A stretch of 63,499 bases of DNA, filler included, from Methanobacteriota archaeon (GTDB lineage Archaea > JACRDV01): assembly GCA_024860865.1 (NCBI GenBank). It is 8 parts of 8 records of this genome, joined end to end, with 100 filler letters (N's around TTAATTAATTAA, not from the genome) between each part and the next. Parts side by side here need not be neighbours in the genome. Positions count along the whole stretch, not along the records: positions 1 to 15,028 come from JACRDV010000125.1; positions 15,129 to 18,730 come from JACRDV010000002.1; positions 18,831 to 31,063 come from JACRDV010000127.1; 5 more parts are not named here. One strand, written 5' to 3'. How positions within the stretch are numbered: the first letter of the stretch is position 1; the number at the start of each line of letters is the position of its first letter. This document shows positions 9,841-19,896 of the stretch, in pieces. Under the pieces are notes generated by a model. That model worked only from the letters and a program-made list of their open reading frames with translations, was not told the DNA's origin and ran no database searches. Position numbers and translations under genes: made by a program.

Positions 9841-12132
9841 TCATTCTACTGTTACAGATTTCGCGAGGTGCCGGGGTTTATCAGGATCTAATCCTCGCGC
9901 TGTGGAAACATAATATGCTACTAACTGAAGTGGAGCAACATAAGGAATTGGCGATGAAATTTCATCAACTTCAGGCATTTTAATTACATCATCAACTAAT
10001 TTAGCAATTTTTTCATCTTTTTCACTTGCTAATGCAATTACTTTTGCTCCTCGAGCTTTCACTTCTTCAATATTTCCAATCATTTTATCATAATTATCTC
10101 CAGGAGGAATTACAACAATTACTGGCACTCCTTTCTCAATTAAAGCCAAGGGACCATGTTTAAGCTCGCCACCTGGATAGCATTCAGAATGGATGTAAGA
10201 AATTTCTTTAAATTTCAATGCCCCTTCAGAAGCAGTTGCAAAGCTAATTCCACGCCCCAAAAAGTAAACATCTTGCACATCTTTTAGTTCTTCAGCTAAC
10301 TCCATAATTTTAGTTTCTTGAGAATCGATTACTTTGTGAACAATATCAGGCATTCTTTCCAATTGTTTGAGCAATTCTTTGATCTTATACTTAGGCAAAG
10401 TTTTTCTGATTTTTGCAAGGTAAACTGCTATCAAAAATAGGTCAATTAATTGAACAGCAAATGTTTTAGTAGCAGCTACTCCAATCTCAGGTCCTGCATG
10501 GGTGTAGCAAACGCAATCGCTTTCTCTGGTTATTGAGCTTCCAACTACATTTGTTATTGCTAAAATCTTCGCTCCTTTTTCTTTTGCTGCTCGAATTGCT
10601 GCTAGCGTATCTGCAGTTTCACCAGATTGGCTAATTGCCAAAACTAAAGAATTTTCATCAAGAGTTGGAACTGCAGCTTCTTTAAACTCTGAAGAAATTA
10701 TAACATCTACAGATAATTTTGCTAATTTTGCAAAAGCATACTTGGCTGCTAGAGCAGCATGGTAAGAGGTCCCGCAAGCAATAACATAAATTTTTTTATC
10801 CGTATTCAAAAATTCGATAAAATCTTTCAATTCATCTTCTCGAACTCTTAGAGTTTCTCTGATCGCAAATGGTTGCTCATGTATCTCCTTCAGCATAAAG
10901 TGAGCATACCCAGCTTTTTCTGCCATTTCTGGGGCCCATCTAACAGTTTCAATCTTTTTCTTTACAACTTCTCCCGTTAGAAAATTTTTTATAACAACAC
11001 CAGTGGATGTGAGTATCCCAAGTTCTCCATCATTTAGGATAATAACTTTGTTTGTTTCTTTAAGGAATGCAGGTATATCGGATGCCGCAAAAGTCTCGTT
11101 ATTACCGATACCGATTACTAATGGGCTTTCTTTTCTAACAACTATGAGTTTATCCGGTTCTTTTGCATTTATTATCGCCATTGCATATGATCCTTTGAGT
11201 TGATGGCAGGCTTTTACTACTGATGTTTCAAAATCAAATCCTTCTCTATTGAATTTCTCGATTAAATGGGGTATTACCTCAGTGTCTGTCTCTGATCTAA
11301 ATACATGTCCTTCTTTAATTAATTCCTCTTTGAGCTCTATGTAATTTTGAATTATACCATTGTGAGCCACTACGATTTGATTTTCACAATCAGTATGAGG
11401 ATGTGCGTTGATTTTAGTTGGTGCACCGTGTGTTGCCCACCTCGAATTATGAGAAATAATACCGTTGGCTATAAAGTTCTCATAATTTGGAACCTCTAAA
11501 TCATATACGTACTCTGTATTGTTTTCTATTTTTGTGTTGGATAATAGTCTTTGATAAACTATAGGATCACGAACGTACCGTTCTGAAACATCACTCAATT
11601 TCGATTTCTCTTTAACAAAAGTGAATTGGCTGAATATAAGCCTGTCTTCTTTCCGTATGTCTTTTACTTCCTTTTCTATTATCTTCCCGTTTCCATCTAT
11701 AACAAATAATCTATGTCTCTCTGTGCAAATGATTTCAGCAGAAGAAGTTTTTATTTTATGTAAATTTTTTGGGGCTTTATGTTTGAAGCAAATAGCTTTA
11801 GCTTTTACAAATTTTGATTTTTTGAGATCGTATGATAAAACGAAACATTCTTCATTAAGACTCGAAATTTTTGCTGTACTACCATCTGCTAGTTGAACAA
11901 GTGTATCTGGATGTAAACAATGTCCAATGCCTGCGTTACCAGGAAGGTCATCTAGATTTAGCCTTTGGTGAACTTCTTCAATTTTTCCCATGTCCTTCTT
12001 AATGTATATCTGTTTATTATCTATAGTTGTAATACCCACTGAATCATATCCACGATATGCTAATCTGCGCAACGCTTCGTGTATAACATAGGCACACTTC
12101 CTTGTAGATATACACCCGAATATACCGCACAT
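9841..12132 (-). CDS. glmS: Glutamine-fructose-6-phosphate transaminase with intein; start at MCGIFG
   Basis: CGIFG, RGYDS, GH/SRWATHG, SQSGETADT, HLAKSVTVE. Confidence 0.96.
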   Translation of the reverse strand: MCGIFGCISTRKCAYVIHEALRRLAYRGYDSVGITTIDNKQIYIKKDMGKIEEVHQRLNLDDLPGNAGIGHCLHPDTLVQLADGSTAKISSLNEECFVLSYDLKKSKFVKAKAICFKHKAPKNLHKIKTSSAEIICTERHRLFVIDGNGKIIEKEVKDIRKEDRLIFSQFTFVKEKSKLSDVSERYVRDPIVYQRLLSNTKIENNTEYVYDLEVPNYENFIANGIISHNSRWATHGAPTKINAHPHTDCENQIVVAHNGIIQNYIELKEELIKEGHVFRSETDTEVIPHLIEKFNREGFDFETSVVKACHQLKGSYAMAIINAKEPDKLIVVRKESPLVIGIGNNETFAASDIPAFLKETNKVIILNDGELGILTSTGVVIKNFLTGEVVKKKIETVRWAPEMAEKAGYAHFMLKEIHEQPFAIRETLRVREDELKDFIEFLNTDKKIYVIACGTSYHAALAAKYAFAKLAKLSVDVIISSEFKEAAVPTLDENSLVLAISQSGETADTLAAIRAAKEKGAKILAITNVVGSSITRESDCVCYTHAGPEIGVAATKTFAVQLIDLFLIAVYLAKIRKTLPKYKIKELLKQLERMPDIVHKVIDSQETKIMELAEELKDVQDVYFLGRGISFATASEGALKFKEISYIHSECYPGGELKHGPLALIEKGVPVIVVIPPGDNYDKMIGNIEEVKARGAKVIALASEKDEKIAKLVDDVIKMPEVDEISSPIPYVAPLQLVAYYVSTARGLDPDKPRHLAKSVTVE
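11446..11919 (-). mobile_element. Mini-intein (158 aa, no homing endonuclease) in glmS
   Basis: Starts CLHPDTLV, ends VYDLEV..ENFIANGIISHN followed by Ser; splits the GH-S-RWATHG motif. Confidence 0.93.
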
Positions 12133-12728
12133 AAAAAACACGTTTAACAAGTTTTTATTTTTTAAGAGCATTTCGCTTTTCATAGTTAATTTTGGCTTGC
12201 TTAGTACATCTTTCTACTTCTTTTTTAATGTTAAATTTTAAACATTTTCCCAATTTTGCCCTCAAAAATTGCCCATCTGAGTGCCAGAAATTAAATAATT
12301 CCACTTAAATTTTCGATTTTAAACTGAGAAATTTATCATCCCCGATGATTATGCAGTAAAATGATAGATGCTGAATTGTTATCTATCTATAATAAGGAAA
12401 ATTCAAGAAGTACTTGACCATGCAAAACGCTCCGGGCTGAGCGCGGATAACTCTCATTTTCTTTAAACTCAAGCTTCTTTCAGCTCGCGTTCCAATATTT
12501 GGCTAACTCCTAGTTTGCCACATCTGCCACTCGATTTATAAGCCTTTCTTTGCCACATTTGCCACATTCTGGATTCTTCGGTGCTTGAAATTGCAAAATC
12601 TAGTTTCCACGATTTCCGCTTCAAATGTGGACGATGGGATTCGAACCCTCGTGCTCAAGGATTAAGGCTGGAAAAGGACGAAGAAAATCCTAGAGGGAAA
12701 TAGGGCCTCCTAAGTTTGAATTGAGCTG

Positions 12729-12823
12729 TGGTGCGGCCGCCGGGATTTGAACCCGGGTTTGTTGCGTACTGTACGATTTTGTTTGGCAGGCAACAGTCCT
12801 AGACCAGACTAGACTACGGCCGC
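12729..12823 (-). tRNA. tRNA-Gly(GCC) with 17-nt intron at 37/38 (12767-12783); CCA encoded
   Basis: GCGGCCG acceptor stem, GTTGC/GCAAC anticodon stem, GGTTCAAATCC T arm. Confidence 0.92.
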
Positions 12824-12838
12824 TAATTAAGGATTTGA

Positions 12839-12965
12839 TGGCGCGGGCGTGATTTTCACCTTAGTAAATTATCTCTACTAAAGATTTGAACACGCGACAT
12901 CAGGATCTTCAGTCCCGCGCTCTCCATAGCCAGGCAAACATGCCTTCAGGCTGAGCTACCGCGCC
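12839..12965 (-). tRNA. tRNA-Phe(GAA) with D-loop intron (12926-12946) and T-loop intron (12853-12884)
   Basis: Both inserts form full BHB motifs; removing them gives a standard cloverleaf. Confidence 0.92.
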
Positions 12966-13014
12966 ACCAATGAAAAATTAGCGCACCTATCTAAAAAATT
13001 TTCCGCTAAAATAG

Positions 13015-13126
13015 TGGGCCCGCAGGGAATCGAACCCTGGATCTCTGCCTTTCTTAAGGCTTAAGAAACAAGATCTTTTTCCTTAAATCTTGTAAGGGCA
13101 GCGTCTTACCATTGGACTACGGGCCC
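13015..13126 (-). tRNA. tRNA-Val(TAC) with 40-nt intron at 37/38 (13051-13090)
   Basis: GGGCCCG acceptor stem, CTGCC/GGCAG anticodon stem, CTTA/TAAG central helix. Confidence 0.92.
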
Positions 13127-13540
13127 TTATTTTTAATATCCTCTCTTGTTTTATCAGCTTTTTTATAAAAAGTTTTTAAGTTTTTTTCAATTTTTTCGAA
13201 CTACAAATAGTTGACAAATTATAGCTTTTTAAAGCAAGCTCTCCGTTTTTATGGGCTCCTCATCTATGTTTTTTCAATTCACATCGAAAGCAACGTAGTT
13301 TTTAGGCTCAATAACCTCGGTGGTTTTTGAGAAAACTAGCGAGACTGTGCGAGTAGTCAAAGTTATAGAGCCTAGCTTAAAGTAAAGTAATGTACTATTC
13401 TATTCTAATCCGAGTTCCAATTTTTCTCAAATTGTTTTTGGCTTATTTGCGCACTTCTAACGACAAAAAACAATATTTCATTACAACTCTGTATCTCATG
13501 TAACTTGTTTCATTAGCTTAGTTTTTAACCTGTTTGCAGT

Positions 13541-13795
13541 TCACCAAACAATTGCTTTGTCGTATTCAAAAATTAACTTAACAATTTCACTGTAATCTAC
13601 TAGCTCGTAATCCACTGAAATATTTCTTGCCTCAACATCTTTTAAACACGCATATGTATTAAAACTTTTATCTAGCTTGATATAGACTCCATCCTGAATG
13701 AGCAATACTGCAACATCATTTGATTTGCTCTGAAACTTTGCTAACTCTATAGCTGTTTTTTCGTCAACGTTCCTTATAATGTGAAGAATCTTCAT
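13541..13795 (-). CDS. DsrH/TusB-like sulfur relay protein
   Basis: LLIQDGVY, DVEARNI, C-terminal W. Confidence 0.8.
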   Translation of the reverse strand: MKILHIIRNVDEKTAIELAKFQSKSNDVAVLLIQDGVYIKLDKSFNTYACLKDVEARNISVDYELVDYSEIVKLIFEYDKAIVW

Positions 13796-13803
13796 CTTAT
13801 CAC

Positions 13804-14184
13804 CTAGGCAAATGGAATAACCACATCACATTCGGTTATTATTTTAAATATTTCTTCACGAGTCATGATTTCTGCTTCTTTAATGAATTTTTTAATACCA
13901 CGAGCTTCAGCTGATTCCTTGTCTACAATAAGCCGGCCGTTCATGGCCATAAATGTCTCAATATTCCCTTTTAGATGCCTAGCATCTTTAGTTAGGATTA
14001 CATCAGGTTTTATGGCTTCTGGATTTAACTCTGTGGCAGACCAGACTCCATCGTCCAAAAATATGATAATAACTTTGTCGTCATAAAACGTTAATCCAAG
14101 ACCACTTCTTATAGCTTCTAGGCTCTTCACATTGTTTAAAGGGGTGCTTCTAATGATAACTGCAATATTTTTCATAATCTCCAC
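13804..14184 (-). CDS. DsrF/TusC-like protein
   Basis: IFLDDGVW, ESAEARGI; middle gene of the trio. Confidence 0.75.
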   Translation of the reverse strand: MEIMKNIAVIIRSTPLNNVKSLEAIRSGLGLTFYDDKVIIIFLDDGVWSATELNPEAIKPDVILTKDARHLKGNIETFMAMNGRLIVDKESAEARGIKKFIKEAEIMTREEIFKIITECDVVIPFA

Positions 14185-14507
14185 CCGAATCCCAAAATGC
14201 GGTCTGCTTCTGTAACTATTTGTGCCCAGTCAGTTTGACTGCCAAATACAAATCCTTCCACTTCTTTTACTGCTCTCTGCTCTGCATTATGTGCACATAC
14301 AATGATTTTAGCTCCGGCTTTAATCAATTCTTTAAATTGCTCAGTTGGCACACAATACGTACCATCATCCATTATAAAAATAGAAACTTCATACTTTTGT
14401 TCTAGAGCATGTTTAGTCAATTGTATTACAGTATAAAAATCTTCGGTAAAAGGCGAATTTGTCAACAATATTCCAAGTTTCATGTTTTCTACCTCCTCAT
14501 ATGACAA
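14172..14507 (-). CDS. DsrE/TusD-like sulfurtransferase (likely start 14483)
   Basis: IFIMDDG, conserved Cys in VCAHNAEQR, ADRIL. Confidence 0.8.
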   Translation of the reverse strand: MSYEEVENMKLGILLTNSPFTEDFYTVIQLTKHALEQKYEVSIFIMDDGTYCVPTEQFKELIKAGAKIIVCAHNAEQRAVKEVEGFVFGSQTDWAQIVTEADRILGFGWRL

Positions 14508-14589
14508 AAAAGCACTGGAAAGTTTGAATTTATTTCAAAATAAAATACATATAAATACTAACCCAATCTATTCGCAAATGAAAGTTTAG

Positions 14590-14707
14590 TGGACCCGTCG
14601 GGATTTGAACCCGAGGCCTTTTGTGGAGCTCAATGCCCATTCACATGCCAAGCGAACGCTATTGGCCGGAACTTTTATATTCCGTCTTCCAGCTGAGCTA
14701 CGGGCCC
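14590..14707 (-). tRNA. tRNA-Ala(GGC) with D-arm intron (14661-14685) and intron at ~43/44 (14620-14639)
   Basis: GGGCCCG/CGGGTCC acceptor stem; both inserts are BHB-like hairpins whose removal restores the cloverleaf. Confidence 0.88.
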
Positions 14708-14844
14708 ACATTGTTTAGATTAATTATATTTTTTCTTTATCTATATGAAAATTTTTGAAGTTTGGTTTTTTGTAATTATAATTATAAAATACTACTAATC
14801 TCATTGATGGGCAATATCTCTTGAATTGGCCAAAAAACAAAACT

Positions 14845-15028
14845 CTATCGGATGCGCTCTCGGCTAAGATCTTTTGTTTGCCAACTATACTCTCGTATCC
14901 TTTTTGATCTACCAAAACCACAGGCGGAACAGTATTTTTTAGTCATATTATATGACCGCCTACCGCAACGTCGACAACGAATATGAACTTTCTTTTGATA
15001 CTTTCCGAAAGACGGTGTTCCTTTGGTC
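14845..15028 (-). CDS. rpl37e: Ribosomal protein L37e (start codon cut by contig end; absent from ORF track)
   Basis: [38 protein letters not shown]. Confidence 0.95.
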
Positions 15029-15128
15029 NNNNNNNNNNNNNNNNNNNNNNNNNNNNNNNNNNNNNNNNNNNNTTAATTAATTAANNNNNNNNNNNNNNNN
15101 NNNNNNNNNNNNNNNNNNNNNNNNNNNN
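15029..15128. other. Artificial contig spacer
   Basis: N-run/TTAATTAATTAA/N-run. Confidence 0.98.
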
Positions 15129-15228
15129 CGAATTTTTCTTTTTCAATCGATTCAAGTAACTCGCGTAGCTCAGTCTTCCTGTCGTAGAAATCTCTCTTTT
15201 TCTTTTTCGGCTCAGGATCAAATAACAT
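15129..15228 (-). CDS. Archaeal ATPase, N-terminal fragment
   Basis: MLFDPEPK...DFYDRKTELREL. Confidence 0.7.
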
Positions 15229-15229
15229 T

Positions 15230-15265
15230 TAGTTCTACCCCTTGAACTAGTTCTACCCCTTGAAC
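15230..15265. repeat. 18-bp tandem repeat x2 (TAGTTCTACCCCTTGAAC)
   Basis: Two perfect copies just upstream of the ATPase start. Confidence 0.85.
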
Positions 15266-15284
15266 TATTTATAGCTGTTCAGTA

Positions 15285-15308
15285 TGGGTTCAAATCCCAC
15301 CTCCCGCA
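15285..15308 (+). mobile_element. tRNA(Leu-like) 3'-end fragment, att-like scar
   Basis: TGGGTTCAAATCCCACCTCCCGCA with no 5' half. Confidence 0.6.
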
Positions 15309-15687
15309 TTATACTGTTTTACCGGGACTAAAAAAGAGTATTTCAAAAATCTTTTTGAAAAACCCGCCCATTTTTGCCTGTAAACCTGGGGACTACAATC
15401 TGCTTTGAACTTTATAGGTGCGCACGAATAAAGCCATTTTTTAGGTTTGATGCCTAAAAACTAATTTTTCTCCATTTATGTTTTGTGTCTAATTTTTTCG
15501 GCTAAGTTCTAAATATGCCTAATCGTATTATTTTTAGTTAAAATAGAAAAATCTATACCGTTATTCAAACGATGGATGACGCCGTTTGGTTTTGCTCTTT
15601 CACGACGAGCACTAAAAAGGTGAGAAAAGGCTAGAGATTGAAATGCGAAGATAGAAAATATAGCGTATTTAAAATTAAGGTGATAAA

Positions 15688-16542
15688 ATGGATGTTAAGA
15701 TCGTAAATATCTACAACAACGAGGCCTTGCCTACAAAAGGTCTTAAAAGTGGACATGGAGAATCCTTTCACATCACCATAGGTAATCAAGAAATTCTCTT
15801 TGATGCTGGATGGAGAGGCAGAAAATTAATGCATAACATCAACAGATTAGGAATTAATCCTGATGAGATCAATAAACTGGTCTTTTCACATGGTCATGGA
15901 GATCATACAGGTGGGCTGCCAGCGTTTCTAAAAGCAAGAACTGTTCCAACACCAATTCCAATTATTGCGCACCCAACTGTTCTAGAACCCAAGTCACTGA
16001 AGATATTGATATTTCATATTCCAATGGGATTTCCAAAGCTTAGTAGAAAACTCACGGAAAAAGTAGAATTCCAGTTAACAAAAAATCCAGTGGAAGTTCT
16101 CCCAAAACTTTCTACAACTGGCGAAATTGCGATTACGGAACGACCAGAAAAACCAGGAATAGAAAAGCGCGTATTTCATAAAGTTGATGGACAACGGAAA
16201 TGGGATCCGATCATCGATGATTTATCATTGATTCTTCAAACAAAGGATGGACTGGTCATCATTACTGGTTGTTGTCATGCAGGATTATTAAATACATGTG
16301 CAAAAGCTACTAAGCTCTTTAACGATAAGATCAAAGCCATACTTGGGGGTACTCACATGATGCATTACTCAAGAGAAGACGTGGAACACATAGGAAATGT
16401 CCTAGAGAATCTTTATGGGACTCCGGAACTATATTTAAATCATTGTACCGGGAAGAAAACAATTGAGCAATTAAGGAAAAGATTTGGATCAGAAATAGTT
16501 CACAATTGCCACGTAGGAACAGAATTAGTATACCAAGGCTAA
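15688..16542 (+). CDS. MBL-fold metallo-hydrolase
   Basis: SHGHGDHTGG, TGCCHAG, GGTH, HCTG. Confidence 0.9.
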   Translation: MDVKIVNIYNNEALPTKGLKSGHGESFHITIGNQEILFDAGWRGRKLMHNINRLGINPDEINKLVFSHGHGDHTGGLPAFLKARTVPTPIPIIAHPTVLEPKSLKILIFHIPMGFPKLSRKLTEKVEFQLTKNPVEVLPKLSTTGEIAITERPEKPGIEKRVFHKVDGQRKWDPIIDDLSLILQTKDGLVIITGCCHAGLLNTCAKATKLFNDKIKAILGGTHMMHYSREDVEHIGNVLENLYGTPELYLNHCTGKKTIEQLRKRFGSEIVHNCHVGTELVYQG

Positions 16543-16795
16543 AAATCGTGCGCGCAAGAGGCTAAATGCGTCATCTTGGAAGAAATCAGAAAAACCCTGT
16601 TTCTCAATACTCTTAATTTTGCGAAAAACGTTGTGCGCGCGCATAATATGTTCGGGATAAAAAGATGAATTGGCGAAATATTTCCGAAATCTCGAAAGAT
16701 GTCTACTGGGTAGGCGTCAGAGACTAGAACCGAAGACTTTTTGACGCTTTAATCGAAAGAATAGGGCAAATTCCATTATTTGGGTTCAACTTTCA

Positions 16796-17854
16796 TTGTT
16801 GAGTAACTTGAAAAGAGATATTAAAGAACTCATTGAAGTTCTAAAGAAATGTAAAGCGAAACCCAACATTGTGGTTATGCCGGATTTCTTCCTAGACCAT
16901 TTTGTTTCTTTTAAAGAGGACTTTTCACCTTTTTTAGAAAAAATTTTGAAGATTGCAAGGCAAGGTGGCGGGAATATCCCTTTCATTAGTCAAACTATTT
17001 TCAGAGGCGGAAATGCGACTAACACAGCATCAGCTCTTGCTTCTTTAGGTGCAAACCCGCATTTGATCACAAGGACTAGCCCAACCGGTCTTATTCTGCT
17101 CAAACACTTTCTTGGAACCAAAGGCACGGATTTATCTCATGTTAAAGTCAATGGCATGATGGCTTTAACTACAGCAATTGAACTGAAATACAAAGGAAAA
17201 TTGGTAAACCTAATGGTAAATGATCCGGGTTCTGTTAAAGATTTTGGTTTCAGAAGTTTGACCAAAGCCGACCTAGATGTAATAAAAAAATCTGATTTTG
17301 TGTGCGTTTTCAACTGGAATCAAAATTTTAAGGGATCAGAGCTTATCAAACGGGTTTTCAGTTTTACCAAAGAAAAAGGAAAAGGAAGAACCTTCCTTGA
17401 TACCGGAGACCCTTCTTCAAAAAAGAATGAAATTTCAGATCTAATGGAAGGAGTTTTGGTGAGGGGCTTAGCTGATATTTTTAGCATCAATGAAAATGAA
17501 GCGATTTGGTACGCTTCTTATTTTGACAGGAGCTTTCAAAAAAAGAAAGCCCTTGAATGTGCAGACCTTCTTCACAAGAAATTGGAATCAAGGATAGATC
17601 TTCACACAATTAGATACTCTGCTACTTTTATTAACGGTGAGAAATACATTGTTCCAACTTTTAAGGTTCAAGTTTTGAGAACAACTGGCGCTGGCGATGC
17701 TTGGAATGCTGCAGATATCTACGGAGAAGCTTTGGGGTTAAATCCCACTCAAAGGTTGTTATTTGCCAATGCTGCTACAGCGTACTATATTTCAAATACT
17801 AAGGCTAAGCATGCCGCAATCAAAAATGTGATTCAAATGCTAAAATCGAATTAG
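16796..17854 (+). CDS. PfkB-family carbohydrate kinase
   Basis: GGNATN, NENEA, TTGAGDAWNA. Confidence 0.85.
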   Translation: MLSNLKRDIKELIEVLKKCKAKPNIVVMPDFFLDHFVSFKEDFSPFLEKILKIARQGGGNIPFISQTIFRGGNATNTASALASLGANPHLITRTSPTGLILLKHFLGTKGTDLSHVKVNGMMALTTAIELKYKGKLVNLMVNDPGSVKDFGFRSLTKADLDVIKKSDFVCVFNWNQNFKGSELIKRVFSFTKEKGKGRTFLDTGDPSSKKNEISDLMEGVLVRGLADIFSINENEAIWYASYFDRSFQKKKALECADLLHKKLESRIDLHTIRYSATFINGEKYIVPTFKVQVLRTTGAGDAWNAADIYGEALGLNPTQRLLFANAATAYYISNTKAKHAAIKNVIQMLKSN

Positions 17855-17905
17855 AAATGAAATTCTGGAGATACTTTAAAGGTAACTTTGTCCAATAGAA
17901 TCATA

Positions 17906-18157
17906 CTACTTAGCCGGCATCGCAATCAAAGTTTCAGCTCCATAACCAGTATTAGTAGCAACGTTCATGACAAAATCTAAAGCAGTTTTGTTGTCAGGAG
18001 CATCAAATATAATAACAGCATCGTATCTGCCAAAAGTTAAGTATACTCCTTGAAGCGAAATCTCTTTTGGCGCTTTAAGTTGCTTTAGGTATTTTACAGC
18101 CTGAGGTCCCTTACCTTTTGGTTTTAGCAAAGTTATATACAAAAAATCCCCTCGCAA
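17906..18157 (-). CDS. GYD-domain protein
   Basis: YLTFGRYDAVIIFDAPD, ETLIA. Confidence 0.8.
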   Translation of the reverse strand: MRGDFLYITLLKPKGKGPQAVKYLKQLKAPKEISLQGVYLTFGRYDAVIIFDAPDNKTALDFVMNVATNTGYGAETLIAMPAK

Positions 18158-18311
18158 GAAATTATTACATTCTCGGATAAATACTTAAAGGAACTATTTT
18201 ATCATTCATAACTGAGCAAATTAGAATATCTAAAAAAACTTTATAACAGGAGATTGCTAACTAAAACAGGTTCAAGTCTAGTTTGAATTTAAAAAGATCA
18301 ATGGTGATAAA

Positions 18312-18730
18312 ATGCGGATTTTATTGATTCACTCGGATTATATCCAATTTGAAGCGAAACAAAAAACTCCGGTTGCAGAAGAAGTCCCAGAGGAAATGAA
18401 AAAAGGGAGAATTGAAGAAGTTTTAGTTGTTTTTACGGCAGTTGAAGAAATCGATGAGCAGAATCCGAGTTTAGTGAGCGAGCGCGCAGTTAATGAAATC
18501 ACTGATGTCGCGAGAAAAGTTAATGCACAAAATATTTTTATTTATCCATATGCTCATTTGAGTTCCTCTCTTAGTTCACCAAGCATTGCTGTTGAAGTTC
18601 TCAAACAAATGGAAAATTTGTTAAAAGAAAAAGATTTTAATGTTGCTAGAGCGCCCTTTGGTTATTATAAGACTTTTGAAATAAAGTGTAAAGGCCATCC
18701 TCTCTCTGAATTATCCAGAACAATTTTGCC
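18312..18730 (+). CDS. thrS: Threonyl-tRNA synthetase, archaeal N-terminal editing domain (truncated by contig end)
   Basis: [37 protein letters not shown]. Confidence 0.92.
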
Positions 18731-18830
18731 NNNNNNNNNNNNNNNNNNNNNNNNNNNNNNNNNNNNNNNNNNNNTTAATTAATTAANNNNNNNNNNNNNN
18801 NNNNNNNNNNNNNNNNNNNNNNNNNNNNNN
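18731..18830. other. Artificial contig spacer
   Basis: N-run/TTAATTAATTAA/N-run. Confidence 0.98.
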
Positions 18831-18959
18831 ATGAGCACACCCACGGTTATTATCGTAGACATAGAAGGAAATGAAATTACTTCTTGGCATGGCCAAATAC
18901 CAGATGAACAAAAAATCAGTACGTATTTAGCTAATAGCCATTATTCTTGTTTTTTCTAA
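18831..18959 (+). CDS. C-terminal fragment of a thioredoxin-like protein
   Basis: MSTPTVII.D.EG.E...W.G..P, upstream of an RNR activase. Confidence 0.5.
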   Translation: MSTPTVIIVDIEGNEITSWHGQIPDEQKISTYLANSHYSCFF

Positions 18960-19140
18960 CTTGAAAGCACTTATGGGTAGAATATCTAATTATCCAATGA
19001 GAAAAATAACTTAAACAAAAGTAGGTCGTACTCGTAGAAGACCAAATGTTAGGATTTTTCTTAGGTGGATGAAGGAGCTAAATACATACAAAAATCATTA
19101 AATTACTTAATAAAAACTAATTTTTTAGGGAAGTATTTTA

Positions 19141-19848
19141 ATGGATATAAGAGGTTTTATTGAAACAAGCTTTGTGGATTGGGATGGCAAAATAGTATCA
19201 ACTGTTTTTACAGCCGGATGTAATTTTCGCTGTATTTTTTGTTATAATTATGAATTGGCTATTAACCCAGAAAAGTTTAAACAAGTGCCAATGGATCATA
19301 TAATGGATTTTTTAAAGGAGCACTCTGATTTTATAGATGGACTTTGTATTACTGGTGGAGAGCCATCTCTGCAAAATGATTTGCCCGATTTTTGTAAAAA
19401 AATTAAATCGCTTGGCTTTAGCATTAAACTCGATACCAATGGAACTCATCCAGAAATGCTTCAAAAACTAATAGAGGAAAGACTTGTGGACTACGTAGCA
19501 ATGGATATTAAAGCGCCATTAAATGAAGAAAAATATGCGCTTCTAAGTGGAACATACGTTAATTCACTTTTAAATAAAATTAAAGAGAGCGTCCAATTAT
19601 TGCTCCACTCTCATTTAGAATATGAGTTCAGAACGACAGTTATACCAACAATGCATTCAGAAGAGGATATCGAAAAAATAGCAAAAGAAATTAAAGGCGC
19701 AAGACTTTATGCTCTACAAAAGTTTCAACCAATTAATGTTCTAAACTCAGAATTAAAAAGGCAAAAATCCCAAAAAGATGAAGAGATGGAGCAACTGGTA
19801 CAAATTGCAAAAAAACATTTGCTAAAAGTCAAATGGAGGGGAAAATGA
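19141..19848 (+). CDS. Anaerobic ribonucleotide reductase activating radical SAM protein
   Basis: GCNFRCIFCYN, ITGGEP, KLDTNG, AMDIKAP, EFRTT. Confidence 0.88.
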   Translation: MDIRGFIETSFVDWDGKIVSTVFTAGCNFRCIFCYNYELAINPEKFKQVPMDHIMDFLKEHSDFIDGLCITGGEPSLQNDLPDFCKKIKSLGFSIKLDTNGTHPEMLQKLIEERLVDYVAMDIKAPLNEEKYALLSGTYVNSLLNKIKESVQLLLHSHLEYEFRTTVIPTMHSEEDIEKIAKEIKGARLYALQKFQPINVLNSELKRQKSQKDEEMEQLVQIAKKHLLKVKWRGK

Positions 19849-19896
19849 GCTATCAAAGATACATATTTAAACGAAGATTACTATCTTTCCTCAGTA

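Noticed and set aside
12133-12183. N-terminal extension of GlmS in the ORF track
   Set aside because: The catalytic Cys must follow the initiator Met, so the start is 12132.
14724-14921. 65-aa ORF MVLVDQKG
   Set aside because: Out-of-frame shadow of rpl37e.
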